This document shows, piece after piece, positions 1-10,948 of a DNA stretch of 64,000 nt. The DNA comes from Candidatus Altiarchaeales archaeon (GTDB lineage Archaea; Altiarchaeota; Altiarchaeia; IMC4; QMZM01), in NCBI GenBank assembly GCA_963749405.1, contig CAVVMY010000016.1, forward strand, positions 16,414 through 80,413, written 5' to 3'. The number at the start of each line of letters is the position of its first letter. The first letter of the stretch is position 1. The position numbers were made by a program, and so were the translations under genes. The notes under the pieces are model-generated. The model had not been told where the DNA came from. It searched no databases and worked only from the letters and a program-made list of their open reading frames with translations.

Positions 1-1
1 G

Positions 2-493
2 TTGGCAGATGATAAGGAGCGCTCTGAGCATGTGATGCTTGTGGATTTGGGCAGAAATGACGTGGGCAGGGTAGCTGATTATGGATCGGTCAAGGTCACG
101 AAGTTTATGTCTGTTGAGAAGTATTCTCATGTCCAGCACATGGTTTCTGAGGTGACTGGCCGCTTGCGGACAGGCATGGGTGTATTCGATGCCTTTAAAA
201 GCATTTTTCCGGCTGGAACTGTCTCGGGCGCTCCGAAGGTGCGGGCAATGGAGATAATAGAGGAACTTGAGAAGACCCACAGAGGGGTTTATGCCGGGGC
301 TATTGGCTATTTTTCTTTTAATCAAAACATGGATATGGCAATTTCTATCCGTACGATAATATTTGAGAAAGATAAGGCTTATATACAGGCAGGTGCTGGG
401 ATAGTTGCTGACTCGGATCCTGTAACAGAATTCCAGGAAAGCTTAAATAAGGCTAATGGACTGCTTAAAGCCCTTGCTGAGGCGGACTCATGA
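2..493 (+). CDS. trpE: Anthranilate synthase component I, C-terminal part (runs off window start)
   Basis: [23 protein letters not shown] and [10 protein letters not shown] motifs; first gene of trp cluster. Confidence 0.95.
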   Translation: MADDKERSEHVMLVDLGRNDVGRVADYGSVKVTKFMSVEKYSHVQHMVSEVTGRLRTGMGVFDAFKSIFPAGTVSGAPKVRAMEIIEELEKTHRGVYAGAIGYFSFNQNMDMAISIRTIIFEKDKAYIQAGAGIVADSDPVTEFQESLNKANGLLKALAEADS

Positions 494-1084
494 AAAACAC
501 AAAAATTCTCGTCATCGACAACATAGATTCTTTTGTCTATAACCTCGTGCAGTACGTAGGTGTCCTAGGCGGAAACCCGGTTGTTCTGCAAAACAATGCA
601 GATTTCAAAGAAGTAGAAAAGATAATTGCAAAGGAAAAGATTACACACATCATCATATCTCCCGGGCCAAAATCCCCGAAGGACGCAGGCATATCCAATA
701 AAGTGATCAAGGAATACGGTCCAAAGATACCTACCCTGGGCGTCTGCCTCGGCCATCAATGCATAGGCTACGTATTCGGCGGAGAGATACGCAGGGCCAA
801 AAGAGCTCAGGCACGGCAAGACCTCGATGATAAAACATAACGGAACAGGAATATTCAGGAATATAAGCAATCCTTTTGAGGCAACAAGGTATCATTCCCT
901 GGTAATAGAGGAGAAAAATCTTCCAGAATGCCTCGAAATAACGGCAAGGAGCCTAGACGACAAAGAGATAATGGGCGTCAGACACAAAGAGTTTCCAATC
1001 TATGGAGTGCAATTCCATCCTGAATCCATCCTCACAAATGAGGGCATGACTCTGTTAAAAAATTTTATTCTAATTGGGAGGTAA
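490..1084 (+). CDS. trpG: Anthranilate synthase component II (glutamine amidotransferase), split by an extra A near 798-801
   Basis: IDNIDSF, SPGP, GVCLGHQ in 490..840; RYHSL, QFHPES in 827..1084; removing one A restores [16 protein letters not shown]. Confidence 0.9.
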
Positions 1085-1092
1085 ATAAAAAA

Positions 1093-2106
1093 TTGAAAGA
1101 AATAATTTCCAGCGTAGTCGGCGGAAAAAATATGTCGGCGCAGGAGGCGGAAAAAGCATTAAAGATTATAATGAGCGGACAATCAACTGACATAGAGATA
1201 ACCGCGCTCCTCACAGGACTCAAAATCAAAGGAGAAACCCCGGAAGAGATAGCCGCATTCGCCAAAGTCATGAGGGAATATGCCTTAAAGATAGAGCCAA
1301 AAGTCTCAGGGACATTGGTTGACATGTGCGGAACAGGAGGCGACAAATCCAATACATTCAACATATCGACCACTGCGATGTTCATCGTGGCTGGCGCCGG
1401 AATACCTGTAGCAAAGCACGGAAACCGGGCCCTGACTTCCAAATGCGGATCAGCAGACGTCCTGGAAGCACTCGGCGTAGACCTCTCCATAGGCCCTGAG
1501 AAGATATGTAAATCCATCGAGGACGTAGGCATCGGCTTCATGTTTGCGCCCATGCATCATTCCGCGACAAAATATGTGATGCCAGTACGTAAAGCCCTTG
1601 GCTACAGAACCATTTTCAACATACTCGGGCCTCTCACAAATCCTGCGAATGCCAGAGCCCAGCTTATGGGTGTCTATGATCCGAGCCTTACTGAGAAACT
1701 TGCCGAGGTCTTCAGGATACTTGGCCTGGATAGGGCGATGGTAGTCCACGGAGCACCCGGCTTGGACGAACTGTCAAATGTTGGTAAGACAAAGGTTTCG
1801 GAATTAAAGGAAGACAAGGTAAATACTTACTACATAAGCCCTGAAGATTACGGCCTGGAGAAAGCGGATATGAAAGACCTCATGGGAGGAACACCCCAGG
1901 AAAACGCAGAGATATTGAAGAACATAATAAATGGTTCAGACACCGGACCAAGGAGGGACATCGCCCTCCTAAACGCCGCAGCAGGCATTGTGGTCGGTGG
2001 GAAAGCTCAAAACATAAGCGAAGGCCTCAATCTGGCAGAAGAAGTCCTGGAAGATGGCAGAGCATACGAAAAGCTGCGCGAATATATAAAATACTGCGGG
2101 AAATGA
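1093..2106 (+). CDS. trpD: Anthranilate phosphoribosyltransferase
   Basis: DMCGTGGD, FNISTT, KHGNR, GSADVLEALG motifs. Confidence 0.95.
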   Translation: MKEIISSVVGGKNMSAQEAEKALKIIMSGQSTDIEITALLTGLKIKGETPEEIAAFAKVMREYALKIEPKVSGTLVDMCGTGGDKSNTFNISTTAMFIVAGAGIPVAKHGNRALTSKCGSADVLEALGVDLSIGPEKICKSIEDVGIGFMFAPMHHSATKYVMPVRKALGYRTIFNILGPLTNPANARAQLMGVYDPSLTEKLAEVFRILGLDRAMVVHGAPGLDELSNVGKTKVSELKEDKVNTYYISPEDYGLEKADMKDLMGGTPQENAEILKNIINGSDTGPRRDIALLNAAAGIVVGGKAQNISEGLNLAEEVLEDGRAYEKLREYIKYCGK

Positions 2107-2776
2107 ACCTCCCCGCCCTAAAGGGCGGGGTATCGTGTGTTAAAAATGTGTCAAAGTAGTTTGGTTGTGCTGGGTATACCAGCCGTGGTGTGTGTCGCTA
2201 ATGTATGCGGCGATTACGTCAGCGGTGACGTTGCCCACGGTGCGGAAAAACTTGCCGGGGCTCCAGAAATGTCCTTTACGGAAGTGCTTGCGCAGCCAAG
2301 GGTGCTGGCGGAAAAGGCGGAAGGCGCTTCCGCCCTTCAGCAACTGGAGCGCACGCGAGACGCTCATAGTGGGCGGCAGGCCCACAAACAGGTGCACATG
2401 GTCGGCCTGCACCTGCAACTCGAAAATCTCCATCCGGTTCTCCTGCGCGATTTCCCGCAGAAAACGCTCGCAATGGCCCCGGACCACTGCGAACTTGAAC
2501 GGATCCATTGCATATTTGGCTTTCCATACAAGATGGAATGCGTTTTGCCCTACTCCGTGGCTATGGGATGTCAGTCCTTTCATTTTTCACCGTCGGCGCA
2601 AAAATTTCGCATAGCTCACGCTAACACCAATACCAAAGGTGGGTGCGCCAACTACGCTGCGCACCCACCATTAAGAACGAGCGTAGAAAACAGGGAGGTA
2701 ACTAGCAAGGCAAGCGAACGATATCTAGTTCGCAATTCCTCTGCGGCCTAAAGGCCGCAGTATCCTTGCGAAAAGT
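2104..2776 (-). mobile_element. IS200/IS605-family element, tnpA only
   Basis: Subterminal hairpins CCCCGCCC-TAAA-GGGCGGGG (2111-2130) and CTGCGGCC-TAAA-GGCCGCAG (2741-2760); Y1 transposase inside; GC-rich relative to flanks; boundaries inferred from restoring the trpD/trpC junction. Confidence 0.85.
2140..2583 (-). CDS. tnpA: Y1 (HUH) transposase TnpA
   Basis: HLVWKAKY, DHVHLFV (HUH), LKGGSA, FWSPG and catalytic Tyr in AAYI; GGTGA Shine-Dalgarno before ATG. Confidence 0.93.
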   Translation of the reverse strand: MKGLTSHSHGVGQNAFHLVWKAKYAMDPFKFAVVRGHCERFLREIAQENRMEIFELQVQADHVHLFVGLPPTMSVSRALQLLKGGSAFRLFRQHPWLRKHFRKGHFWSPGKFFRTVGNVTADVIAAYISDTHHGWYTQHNQTTLTHF

Positions 2777-2784
2777 GTAATGAA

Positions 2785-3516
2785 ATGAAATTCGATTTTG
2801 AAAAAATAGAAACAGAGAAAAAAGAGGAGATAAAGGACCTAAAAAAGACGAGGTCCCTCATAGGAGCAATAGAAAAGGCCAAAAGGGAAGGAATGACGCC
2901 TATAATCGCAGAAGTAAAAAAGAAAAGCCCGAGCAGAGGAAAAATAAATGGGATAGAGCCTGACGATGCGTCCCTCCACATGGAAAGAGGCGGAGCCTGC
3001 GCAATATCGGTATTAACCGACAAATATTTCAACGGTAAGATATGCTATCTGCGCCAGGTCAAAAAAACAGTAAAAATACCGGTTCTGCGCAAGGATTTTA
3101 TCGTTGACATATTCCAGCTCTATGAAAGCCGGGGAAACGGCGCAGACGCAGTCCTGCTAATAGCTGCATTGCTAAAAGATAAGACAAAGGAATACGTAGA
3201 CAAAGCCCATGAACTGGGCATGGAAGCGCTCGTAGAAATCCACAACGCAGAAGACCTAGGCTACGCCGTTGCATCAGGCGCCAAACTAATAGGAATAAAC
3301 AACAGAGACCTCAGAACCCTTAAACTGGAGTTAAACGCAACAGAAACCCTCGCACCCAAAATCCCAAAAGACAGAATAATCGTCGCAGAAAGCGGGATAG
3401 AAACCATAGAAGACATCAAAAGACTGAAAAAAGCAGGCGCAGACGCCTTCCTCATAGGAACAAGCATTATGTCGTCGCCTGACATAGAGAAAAAACTAAA
3501 GGAGCTGACAAAATGA
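2785..3516 (+). CDS. trpC: Indole-3-glycerol phosphate synthase
   Basis: IIAEVKKKSPS, LRKDFI, GINNRDL, ESGI motifs. Confidence 0.95.
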   Translation: MKFDFEKIETEKKEEIKDLKKTRSLIGAIEKAKREGMTPIIAEVKKKSPSRGKINGIEPDDASLHMERGGACAISVLTDKYFNGKICYLRQVKKTVKIPVLRKDFIVDIFQLYESRGNGADAVLLIAALLKDKTKEYVDKAHELGMEALVEIHNAEDLGYAVASGAKLIGINNRDLRTLKLELNATETLAPKIPKDRIIVAESGIETIEDIKRLKKAGADAFLIGTSIMSSPDIEKKLKELTK

Positions 3517-4154
3517 TCAAAGTAAAGATATGCGGATTAACGAACGCCGATGATGCGTTATTCGCAGCCTCTGCCGGGGCTGATGCAGTCGGCATAGTGA
3601 ATGTGCCGGAATCCAAAAGATACGTAAAACTATATGCCGCAAGAGAGATATTCAAAGCAATGCCGCCGTTCGTTTCCAGGGTGCTGGTCGCATCCCCCAC
3701 AAAAATAAGCGATGTAAAAGAGATCGAGCGAATCGGCGCAGAGTACATACAGCTGCACGGAGATGAGGACATAATGTTCGTTAAGGAGATTCGCGAAAGC
3801 ACGCGCCTCAGGCTCATAAAACAGATAGCTGTAACTGGAAAAGAAAGCATCACGGAAGCTGAGGCCTATGCAGGCATCGTCGACGCAATACTCCTGGACA
3901 CTAAAACAAAAGACGGCTTAGGAGGAACCGGGCAGTTGCATGACTGGAAAATCAGCAGGGAAATCGCGCAGCGAGTAAAGAAGCCAGTCATCCTCGCAGG
4001 CGGGCTGAATTGCGGAAACGTGCTGGACGCGATCGGACGGGTGGCGCCTTACGCTGTTGATGTTGCAAGCGGCGTAGAGATCTCGCCCGGGATAAAGGAT
4101 CGAAAAAAGATCGATGATTTCATAAAGAAGGTGAAGGCTTATGGGATTACCTGA
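3513..4154 (+). CDS. trpF: Phosphoribosylanthranilate isomerase
   Basis: [25 protein letters not shown] motifs. Confidence 0.95.
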   Translation: MIKVKICGLTNADDALFAASAGADAVGIVNVPESKRYVKLYAAREIFKAMPPFVSRVLVASPTKISDVKEIERIGAEYIQLHGDEDIMFVKEIRESTRLRLIKQIAVTGKESITEAEAYAGIVDAILLDTKTKDGLGGTGQLHDWKISREIAQRVKKPVILAGGLNCGNVLDAIGRVAPYAVDVASGVEISPGIKDRKKIDDFIKKVKAYGIT

Positions 4155-5332
4155 TAACAGAGGAAAGTATGGCGTATACGGCGGACGCTTTTCTCCTGAG
4201 GTATTGATGCCTGCGCTCTTTGAACTGGAAACCGCATTCAAAAGATACGTAAAGGATGAAGAATTCCAAAAAGAGCTGGCATACTATCTGCGCGAATTTG
4301 CCGGAAGGCCTACGCCGCTTTATTATGCAAAGAACCTCTCGGAAAAACTTGGAGGCGCGAAGATATATCTCAAGAGGGAGGATCTTGTCCACGGCGGCGC
4401 GCATAAGCTTAACAGCACGCTTGGGCAGGCGCTCCTTGCAAAGAAGATGGGGAAGAAGAGGGTCATAGCCGAGACAGGCGCGGGCCAGCACGGAGTTGCT
4501 ACTGCTATTGCTGCGGCCACGTTGGGTCTTAAATGCGAGGTCTACATGGGCACAGAGGATACCGTCAGACAGAAGCTGAACGTCTTTCGCATGAACCTCA
4601 TGGATGCCCGAGTAATACCTGTTGATTCGGGTTCGAAAACGCTCAAAGACGCGACCAACGAAGCATTCAGGGACTGGATAGCAAACATCGACGACACATA
4701 CTACCTCATAGGAAGCGTTATGGGGCCTCACCCTTATCCCATGATAGTCAAGGAGTTCCAGAAGGTCATAGGCATAGAAACAAAGAAACAGAATCCTTGA
4801 AAAGGAAGGAAAACTCCCTGAGGTCATCATGGCCTGTGTAGGCGGAGGAAGCAACGCGATGGGGATATTCAATGCATTCAAGGAAGATACAGGAGTAGAG
4901 CTATGCGGAGTGGAAGCCGGAGGCAAGGGAATAGAAACAGGAGAACATGGAGCGGCACTATGCGCGGGAACGAACGGAGTACTGCACGGCATGTACTCAA
5001 AGATACTCCAAGATAGATACGGACAGATAAAGGTCTCATACTCGATATCCGCAGGACTCGACTACCCGGGCGTCGGACCGGAGCTCTCTTACCTGGCAGG
5101 CGAAGGACGGGTGAAGCCGGTTTCAATAACTGACGCGGAAGCACTCGACGCATTCAAAACGCTAAGCAAGACAGAAGGAATAATGCCGGCGCTGGAATCC
5201 GCGCACGCAGTGGCGCAAGCCATAAAGACGGCACCCAAGATGAAGAAAAACGAAACCATAATCGTGAACCTCTCAGGCAGGGGAGACAAAGACGTGTTCA
5301 CGGTTGCAGAAGCCCTGGGGGTAAAACTATGA
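4141..5332 (+). CDS. trpB: Tryptophan synthase beta chain, split by an extra A near 4790
   Basis: HGGAHK (PLP Lys), ETGAGQHG in 4141..4800; [26 protein letters not shown] in 4829..5332; deleting one A gives KKQILEKEG. Confidence 0.92.
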
Positions 5333-6123
5333 AGCTAAAAGAGAAATTCGCAGAACTGAAAAAGAAAAAACAAGGCGCATTAATAGGATTCGTAACGGCC
5401 GGAGACCCGACGGCAGAGGACACACTTGAGATAGCGCAGGCCATGATAAAAGGAGGAATAGACATACTCGAACTAGGACTCCCATTCTCAGACCCGGTAG
5501 CAGACGGACCAGTAATACAGAAAGCAGGAGACCGTGCCCTACGCGCCGGAATGAACCCGGACAAATTCTTCGAAATAGCGGCAAAAATCAATGATATGCC
5601 AAAGGCGGTTCTCACATATTACAATATAGTCTTACAAAGAGGCCTGGACAAATTCTGCGCAGACTGCGCAAGCACCGGAATAGAAGGCCTCGTCATACCA
5701 GACCTGCCAATAGAAGAATCCAAGCCCCTGCAAAACACATGCAGAAAGCACAGGATATCACTGATCCTCCTCGCAGCCCCCACGACACCGGACGACAGGC
5801 TCGAAAAAATCCTAAAAGAAGCCGACGGATTCCTATACGTCGTCTCAGTAGCAGGAGTCACGGGCGCAAGAAAAGACCTCTCAGAGCAGGTAAAACCCCT
5901 GATCAAAAGAATCAAAAAGCAGTCGGGAAACCTGCCCCTGGCAGTGGGATTCGGCATATCCAAACCGGAACACGTAAAGGAAGTGATAGCCTCAGGAGCA
6001 GAAGGCGCAATCGTGGGAAGCGCTTTTGAGAAGATAATAGAGGAAAACCTCGGAAATAAAAAGGAGATGCTGCGAAGGCTTGAAGGCTTCGCAAGAGAAC
6101 TTAAATCTGCCACACCCTACTAA
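5329..6123 (+). CDS. trpA: Tryptophan synthase alpha chain
   Basis: [27 protein letters not shown] motifs. Confidence 0.95.
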   Translation: MKLKEKFAELKKKKQGALIGFVTAGDPTAEDTLEIAQAMIKGGIDILELGLPFSDPVADGPVIQKAGDRALRAGMNPDKFFEIAAKINDMPKAVLTYYNIVLQRGLDKFCADCASTGIEGLVIPDLPIEESKPLQNTCRKHRISLILLAAPTTPDDRLEKILKEADGFLYVVSVAGVTGARKDLSEQVKPLIKRIKKQSGNLPLAVGFGISKPEHVKEVIASGAEGAIVGSAFEKIIEENLGNKKEMLRRLEGFARELKSATPY

Positions 6124-6208
6124 ACGCACCATTCCTGACCAACAAAGACGTCTGAGAGTTCCTTAATTATTTGCACGTAATACGCAAATAATATAACAAC
6201 ACCCAAAG

Positions 6209-7462
6209 ATGCCAACCATTTCACAAAAAATTCTCGCGGCTAAATCAGGGAAAAAAGCCGTCGAGCCGGGAGAAATCGTCGAAGCAGAAGTGGATTACGT
6301 GATGGTAAACGACGTCACAGGTCTTCCGGCATTCGAGGTATTCGAGCAGTTCAAGGCCGAGCCCCTGCGGGAGAAGATAGTGCTTATCCCGGACCACTAT
6401 GTGCCAAACAAGGATGTAGCGTCTGCAAACCAGGCCAAGGCTATGAGAGATTTTGCAAAAAAATACAGGATAAAGAACTACTACGAAGTAGGCTGCGGAG
6501 GAGTATGCCACCAGCTCATGGTAGAAGAAGGATACGCCGCACCCGGCAGACTGATAGTAGGCGCAGATTCGCACACATGCACATACGGCGCACTGGGGGC
6601 CTTTGCGACAGGAATCGGATCAACAGAGGCTGCGGCGGTTTTCGCCACTGGAAAGCTGTGGTTCAAGGTCCCGGAAAGCCAGAAATACACTGTCAAAGGA
6701 AAACTCGGAAGATACGTCATGGGCAAAGACATCATACTGCACATAATAGGCGACGTCGGAGTAGACGGAGCACTCTACAAGTCCATGGAATTCTGCGGAG
6801 ACACGATAGAGAACCTGGAAATATCAGACCGCCTCACGATATCAAACATGGCAATAGAAGCAGGAGGAAAAACAGGGATCATCCCGGCAGACAAGAAAAC
6901 AGACGAATACCTTAAAGGGCGGGTCCGCGGAGCATACAAAGCAGTATACTCGGACAAAGACGCAGAATACGCCAACGAATACTTCTACGCTGCGGAAGAC
7001 ATACCACCTACTGTAGCCCAGCCAAGCCTGCCATCCAATACTAAGCCAGCAAGCGAATTATCGAACGTGGAAATAGACCAAGCCTACCTCGGCTCATGCA
7101 CAAACGGCCGAATAGAAGACCTGCGCATAGCAGCCCAACTGATGAAAGGCAAAAAAGTAAAAGAAGGAACAAGGATGATCGTCGTCCCGGCAACCAAGAG
7201 AGTATTCGAGCAGGCAATGCAGGAAGGACTGATAAAGATATTCATGGACGCCAAAGCCTACGTATCGGGACCGACGTGCGGAGCATGCCTCGGCGGATAC
7301 ATGGGGATACTCGCAAAGGATGAAACAGCAGTCTCATCGACGAACAGAAACTTCATAGGAAGAATGGGACATAAAGACAGCAAAGTGTACCTAGCATCCC
7401 CGGCAGTCGTCGCAGCCTCGGCATTGACCGGGAGGATAACGGATCCGAACGACTTAAAATAA
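6209..7462 (+). CDS. leuC: 3-isopropylmalate dehydratase / homoaconitase large subunit
   Basis: DSHTCTYG, GSCTNGR, CGACLG, STNRNF motifs; LeuC vs HacA specificity not resolvable. Confidence 0.85.
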   Translation: MPTISQKILAAKSGKKAVEPGEIVEAEVDYVMVNDVTGLPAFEVFEQFKAEPLREKIVLIPDHYVPNKDVASANQAKAMRDFAKKYRIKNYYEVGCGGVCHQLMVEEGYAAPGRLIVGADSHTCTYGALGAFATGIGSTEAAAVFATGKLWFKVPESQKYTVKGKLGRYVMGKDIILHIIGDVGVDGALYKSMEFCGDTIENLEISDRLTISNMAIEAGGKTGIIPADKKTDEYLKGRVRGAYKAVYSDKDAEYANEYFYAAEDIPPTVAQPSLPSNTKPASELSNVEIDQAYLGSCTNGRIEDLRIAAQLMKGKKVKEGTRMIVVPATKRVFEQAMQEGLIKIFMDAKAYVSGPTCGACLGGYMGILAKDETAVSSTNRNFIGRMGHKDSKVYLASPAVVAASALTGRITDPNDLK

Positions 7463-8896
7463 TGGAAAAAGCACTGATAGCATCGATAGCCCTGACGCTT
7501 TTATTATGCTGCTGCACTAACGTAACCAAAAGCACAAACACGTCCGCGACTATACAAATAGATACAAACCAGAACGCATCCTACAGCTCAAGAGACGACC
7601 CAATCGCCAGATGCGAGAAAAGCCTAGAAAAAGACCTATGCTTTTGGAACGCAGGAAAAAAGGCGAATGATACCTCTTTTTGCGACAGGATAACAACGCA
7701 GACAGACAAAGACAGACTGCTTTCTCGGACTAGCAGAAGGAGTAAACCAGCCGGAAATCTGCGAAAAAATATCCGACCCGCAAGTAAAGGATACCTGTTA
7801 TTCCAACTATGCCATCGATCTAAATGATTACTCAGTCTGCAAGAATATCTCAGACCTCACTAACAAGGAGACCTGTTATTACTACATCAGTTTACAACAG
7901 AAGGACATCAGTATCTGCGACCAGATAGAGAGGAAAGACACAAGAGACGCATGTTACATGAGCCAAGTGGAATACAGGAAAGATCCATCCATCTGCGCAG
8001 GCATCGCAAACACAAATACGACAGACCTATGCTACTACAATCTTGCAAAGGCGGTTACAAATGAGACATACTGTTCCAGGATCAATGACAGCTCCCTGAG
8101 GAACCTATGCAGATACGACGTCGCAGTATCCAAAAAGGACATGAAGGTCTGCATAGGCATAGAGTACACGGACCTGCGAGTCCACTGTGATGCAGTAACA
8201 GGACTAGAGCCAAGCGCCTGCGACGGCATAGAGAATCAGGATGAAAAAGATTACTGCTACAGCGACGTTGCGAACCTGACATACGACCCATACGTATGCG
8301 AAAAGATAAACGATAATGCGACAAGGGAATACTGCTTCAAAGACCTTGCAAAAACCCTGAAAGACGAGTCCATCTGCATGGCACTAAACGACTACAAGAG
8401 TAGCTGCTTCTACGACGTGGCCACAAACGAAAAAAATGCGGACATATGCAAAGAAATAACTGCGGAAGACTACAAAACAGAATGCTACAGAAAAGCCAGC
8501 ACAGAGAAAACAGACCCCAGCATCTGCGATGAACTGGAAGAACAGACAAACAAGGATGCCTGCTACCTGGACATGGCCAACAAAAAAAGAGACGCATCGA
8601 TCTGCGAGAAGATCCAAGACACAGACCAAAAAGCATACTGCATCGCACAAGCAAAAAACGACTCCACACTCTGCAAAAACATAAACGACCTAGATCTCCA
8701 GGACCAATGCGCAGGGATCATAGACAAAGACCCGGCCAAATGCGACAGAATAGGCTCGGCAACATACAAAGCGATCAACCTAAAAGACGACTGCTACACG
8801 CAGATAATAGAAGAGATAAACGATACGGCGATCTGCGGGACGAAAGAGTTTTCGGAATATAAGAACAGGTGCATTGCGATAATGGAGGGGTCGTAA
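7462..8896 (+). CDS. Secreted/membrane-anchored Cys-rich repeat protein (~26-aa CxxI...D.CY...A repeats), split by an extra base near 7714
   Basis: Hydrophobic N-terminus ending CCCT; repeats continue across the frameshift into the 7958..8896 frame. Confidence 0.8.
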
Positions 8897-9031
8897 GTAG
8901 CAAACAAAAAAGTGAGCATAACATACCCCATGACATGTTTCATGCGAAGAAAGTTCGCATAAAATCTAGTTTTTCCAAATGAAATGAGCTTATATATCCG
9001 TTGCCATATATAATTTGTAACATGAAATAAC

Positions 9032-9640
9032 ATGGATATAAACGAAAGGAAATATAGTAACGATATTCTGGAACTAATAGAAAAGAAAGGGTCATTACAT
9101 AGAGACGACCTTTATAAAAGCTTGATTATAAAATACAATATCGCAAAGAAAAACCAAAAAAAATTCAAAAATAATGTATACTCAAACTATTTGAGTAAAC
9201 TGATTAGTAACAAACTTATTGCTAAAACATGAAAAAACATTTACAGTGTGTCGCTTGAATCAAAATCCTCAAGCTTCGTAAATCAATTTGCAGAAAGAAT
9301 TCCAATTGAAAAACTAAAGACGTTGATTATCCTATCAAAGAGATTTCGAAAGAAAACTGGCTTCTATTTTTTGTATGATGGAAATACCCTGTATTACGTC
9401 GGTATAGGCAACATTATCCAAAGATTGAAAAGCCATGCCTATGTAGATAAGCATAAAGGAAAATGGAATTATTTTAGTTTTTATATTACAGAAAATATAG
9501 ACCACGCAAAAGAAATTGAGGCGATTATTCAAAGAAGTACGCAATTAGAAGGAAATATAAAGACTGGAAAACTGAGGAACTCCAAAGACCTTACAGAGTC
9601 CATAAACACATTTGACTCGATTTTAGAAGACTTTAAATAA
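9032..9640 (+). pseudogene. wHTH-like N-terminal part plus GIY-YIG nuclease, interrupted by one in-frame TGA (9230-9232)
   Basis: Both ORFs are in the same frame; GFYFLY...YYVG...RLKSH...EIE...N GIY-YIG signature; AT-rich. Confidence 0.65.
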
Positions 9641-9677
9641 ATTAACCGATAATAATATGAAAGAAAAGTAGAAGCTT

Positions 9678-10370
9678 TTATCTTCTCGGTTTTCCTCTTC
9701 TTTTCATCCTCTTGAGTCTTTGTCTTTCGGCCATTTCCAGCAGGTATGGCTGGGGTTCTGCTTGGGATATGAATTCGTCTAGTGGTGCTGTGAATTCTTT
9801 TCCTTGGGCTTTTAGGACTTCTCTTGCGAGGATCCAGTATATGAGGGCTATGCTGTTTTTTCCTTTGTTGTTTGATGGTATGACTATGTCTATGTTTTTT
9901 AGTCTTGTGTTTGTGTCGCATATTGCGAGGATTGGTATGCCCATGATGGCTGCTTCTTTGATTGCTTGTTGGTCTGCGTTTGGGTCTGTTACTACTAGTA
10001 GTTTTGGTTCTGTGTATGTTTCGATGTTTGGGTTTGTCAGGGTTCCTGATACGAATCTGTCTGTGAATGCTTTTGCGCCTGTGTATTCTGCGTATTTTCT
10101 TATGGATTTTCTTCCGTAGACTCTGTTTGATACTAGGAGTATTTCTTTTGGGTCGTATCTTGATAGGAAGGCTGCTGCTACTTTTATTCTGTCGTTTATC
10201 TTTTTTACGTCGAAGACGCATAGTTTGTCTGGTCTTATTTTGTAGATGAATGGTCTCATGTCGCTTGTCCGGTATTTCAGGCCTACGTGTATCCCGTTTG
10301 ATAGGTAGTCGTCTAGTGGTACCAGTAGGTCTTCTTCTGCTTCGACCATCATGTCTTGTTCGTCAGCCAT
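9678..10370 (-). CDS. rps2: 30S ribosomal protein uS2
   Basis: YLSNGIHVG, RFVSGTLTN, DQQAIKEA, IPSNNKG motifs. Confidence 0.95.
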   Translation of the reverse strand: MADEQDMMVEAEEDLLVPLDDYLSNGIHVGLKYRTSDMRPFIYKIRPDKLCVFDVKKINDRIKVAAAFLSRYDPKEILLVSNRVYGRKSIRKYAEYTGAKAFTDRFVSGTLTNPNIETYTEPKLLVVTDPNADQQAIKEAAIMGIPILAICDTNTRLKNIDIVIPSNNKGKNSIALIYWILAREVLKAQGKEFTAPLDEFISQAEPQPYLLEMAERQRLKRMKRRGKPRR

Positions 10371-10372
10371 TT

Positions 10373-10690
10373 TTACTCGGTTTCTTCAACTATTACTTCT
10401 TCTTCGAATTCTTCTTCAGGCGCTTCTTTGGTTTCCTTTGGTTCTTCCTCTATTTCGCCTTCGTCTATGGGTATGTCCGGGATTATCTTGGATTCTTTTC
10501 GGATTCTTTTCTCCTCTCTTACCCGGACTGTGATTGGCAGGATGCCTTGTTTTAGTTCTAGTCTTGCTATTTCCAGTGGTTTTTCCATTGTCTTTGGGAC
10601 TTTGACCAGTATGGGTGCGCCCATCTTTATCTGGAGGGCTCTTGCGCCTACCAGTCTTGCTACTTCGAATTTTGTGTAACTTTGAGTCAT
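10373..10690 (-). CDS. rpoK: RNA polymerase subunit Rpo6 (K) with acidic tail
   Basis: YTKFEVARLVGARALQIKMGAP. Confidence 0.93.
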   Translation of the reverse strand: MTQSYTKFEVARLVGARALQIKMGAPILVKVPKTMEKPLEIARLELKQGILPITVRVREEKRIRKESKIIPDIPIDEGEIEEEPKETKEAPEEEFEEEVIVEETE

Positions 10691-10714
10691 TTTTTTGGGA
10701 GATATGATTTTTTA

Positions 10715-10915
10715 TCAGTATCTGCGGAATTTCATTATCTCGTCCACTACTTCGGTGTGGGCTAGGAGCATTCTTCTGCAGCAGTATCTCTCCAGGCCCA
10801 GAGAGTCCATAACTTTTTTTGGGTCTTCTTTGTTTTTTGTAACTCGTGTATTGAATTCTTCCCAATGCTGTGCCACGGGTGCCCCGCAGGTAAAACATCT
10901 TACTGGAATAATCAT
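10715..10915 (-). CDS. rpoN: RNA polymerase subunit Rpo10 (N)
   Basis: [11 protein letters not shown]...RYCCRRM. Confidence 0.96.
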   Translation of the reverse strand: MIIPVRCFTCGAPVAQHWEEFNTRVTKNKEDPKKVMDSLGLERYCCRRMLLAHTEVVDEIMKFRRY

Positions 10916-10948
10916 TTTTGTTATTGATATTGGATAATATGATTTCTT

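Noticed and set aside
2137..2751. 204-aa plus-strand ORF as tnpB/iscB
   Set aside because: It is the antisense shadow of tnpA with no RuvC or HNH motifs.
9230..9232. TGA recoding (alternative genetic code or selenocysteine)
   Set aside because: TGA is a normal stop in trpE, trpC, rpoN, ABCE1 and others; no SECIS-like context or Cys-equivalent position seen.
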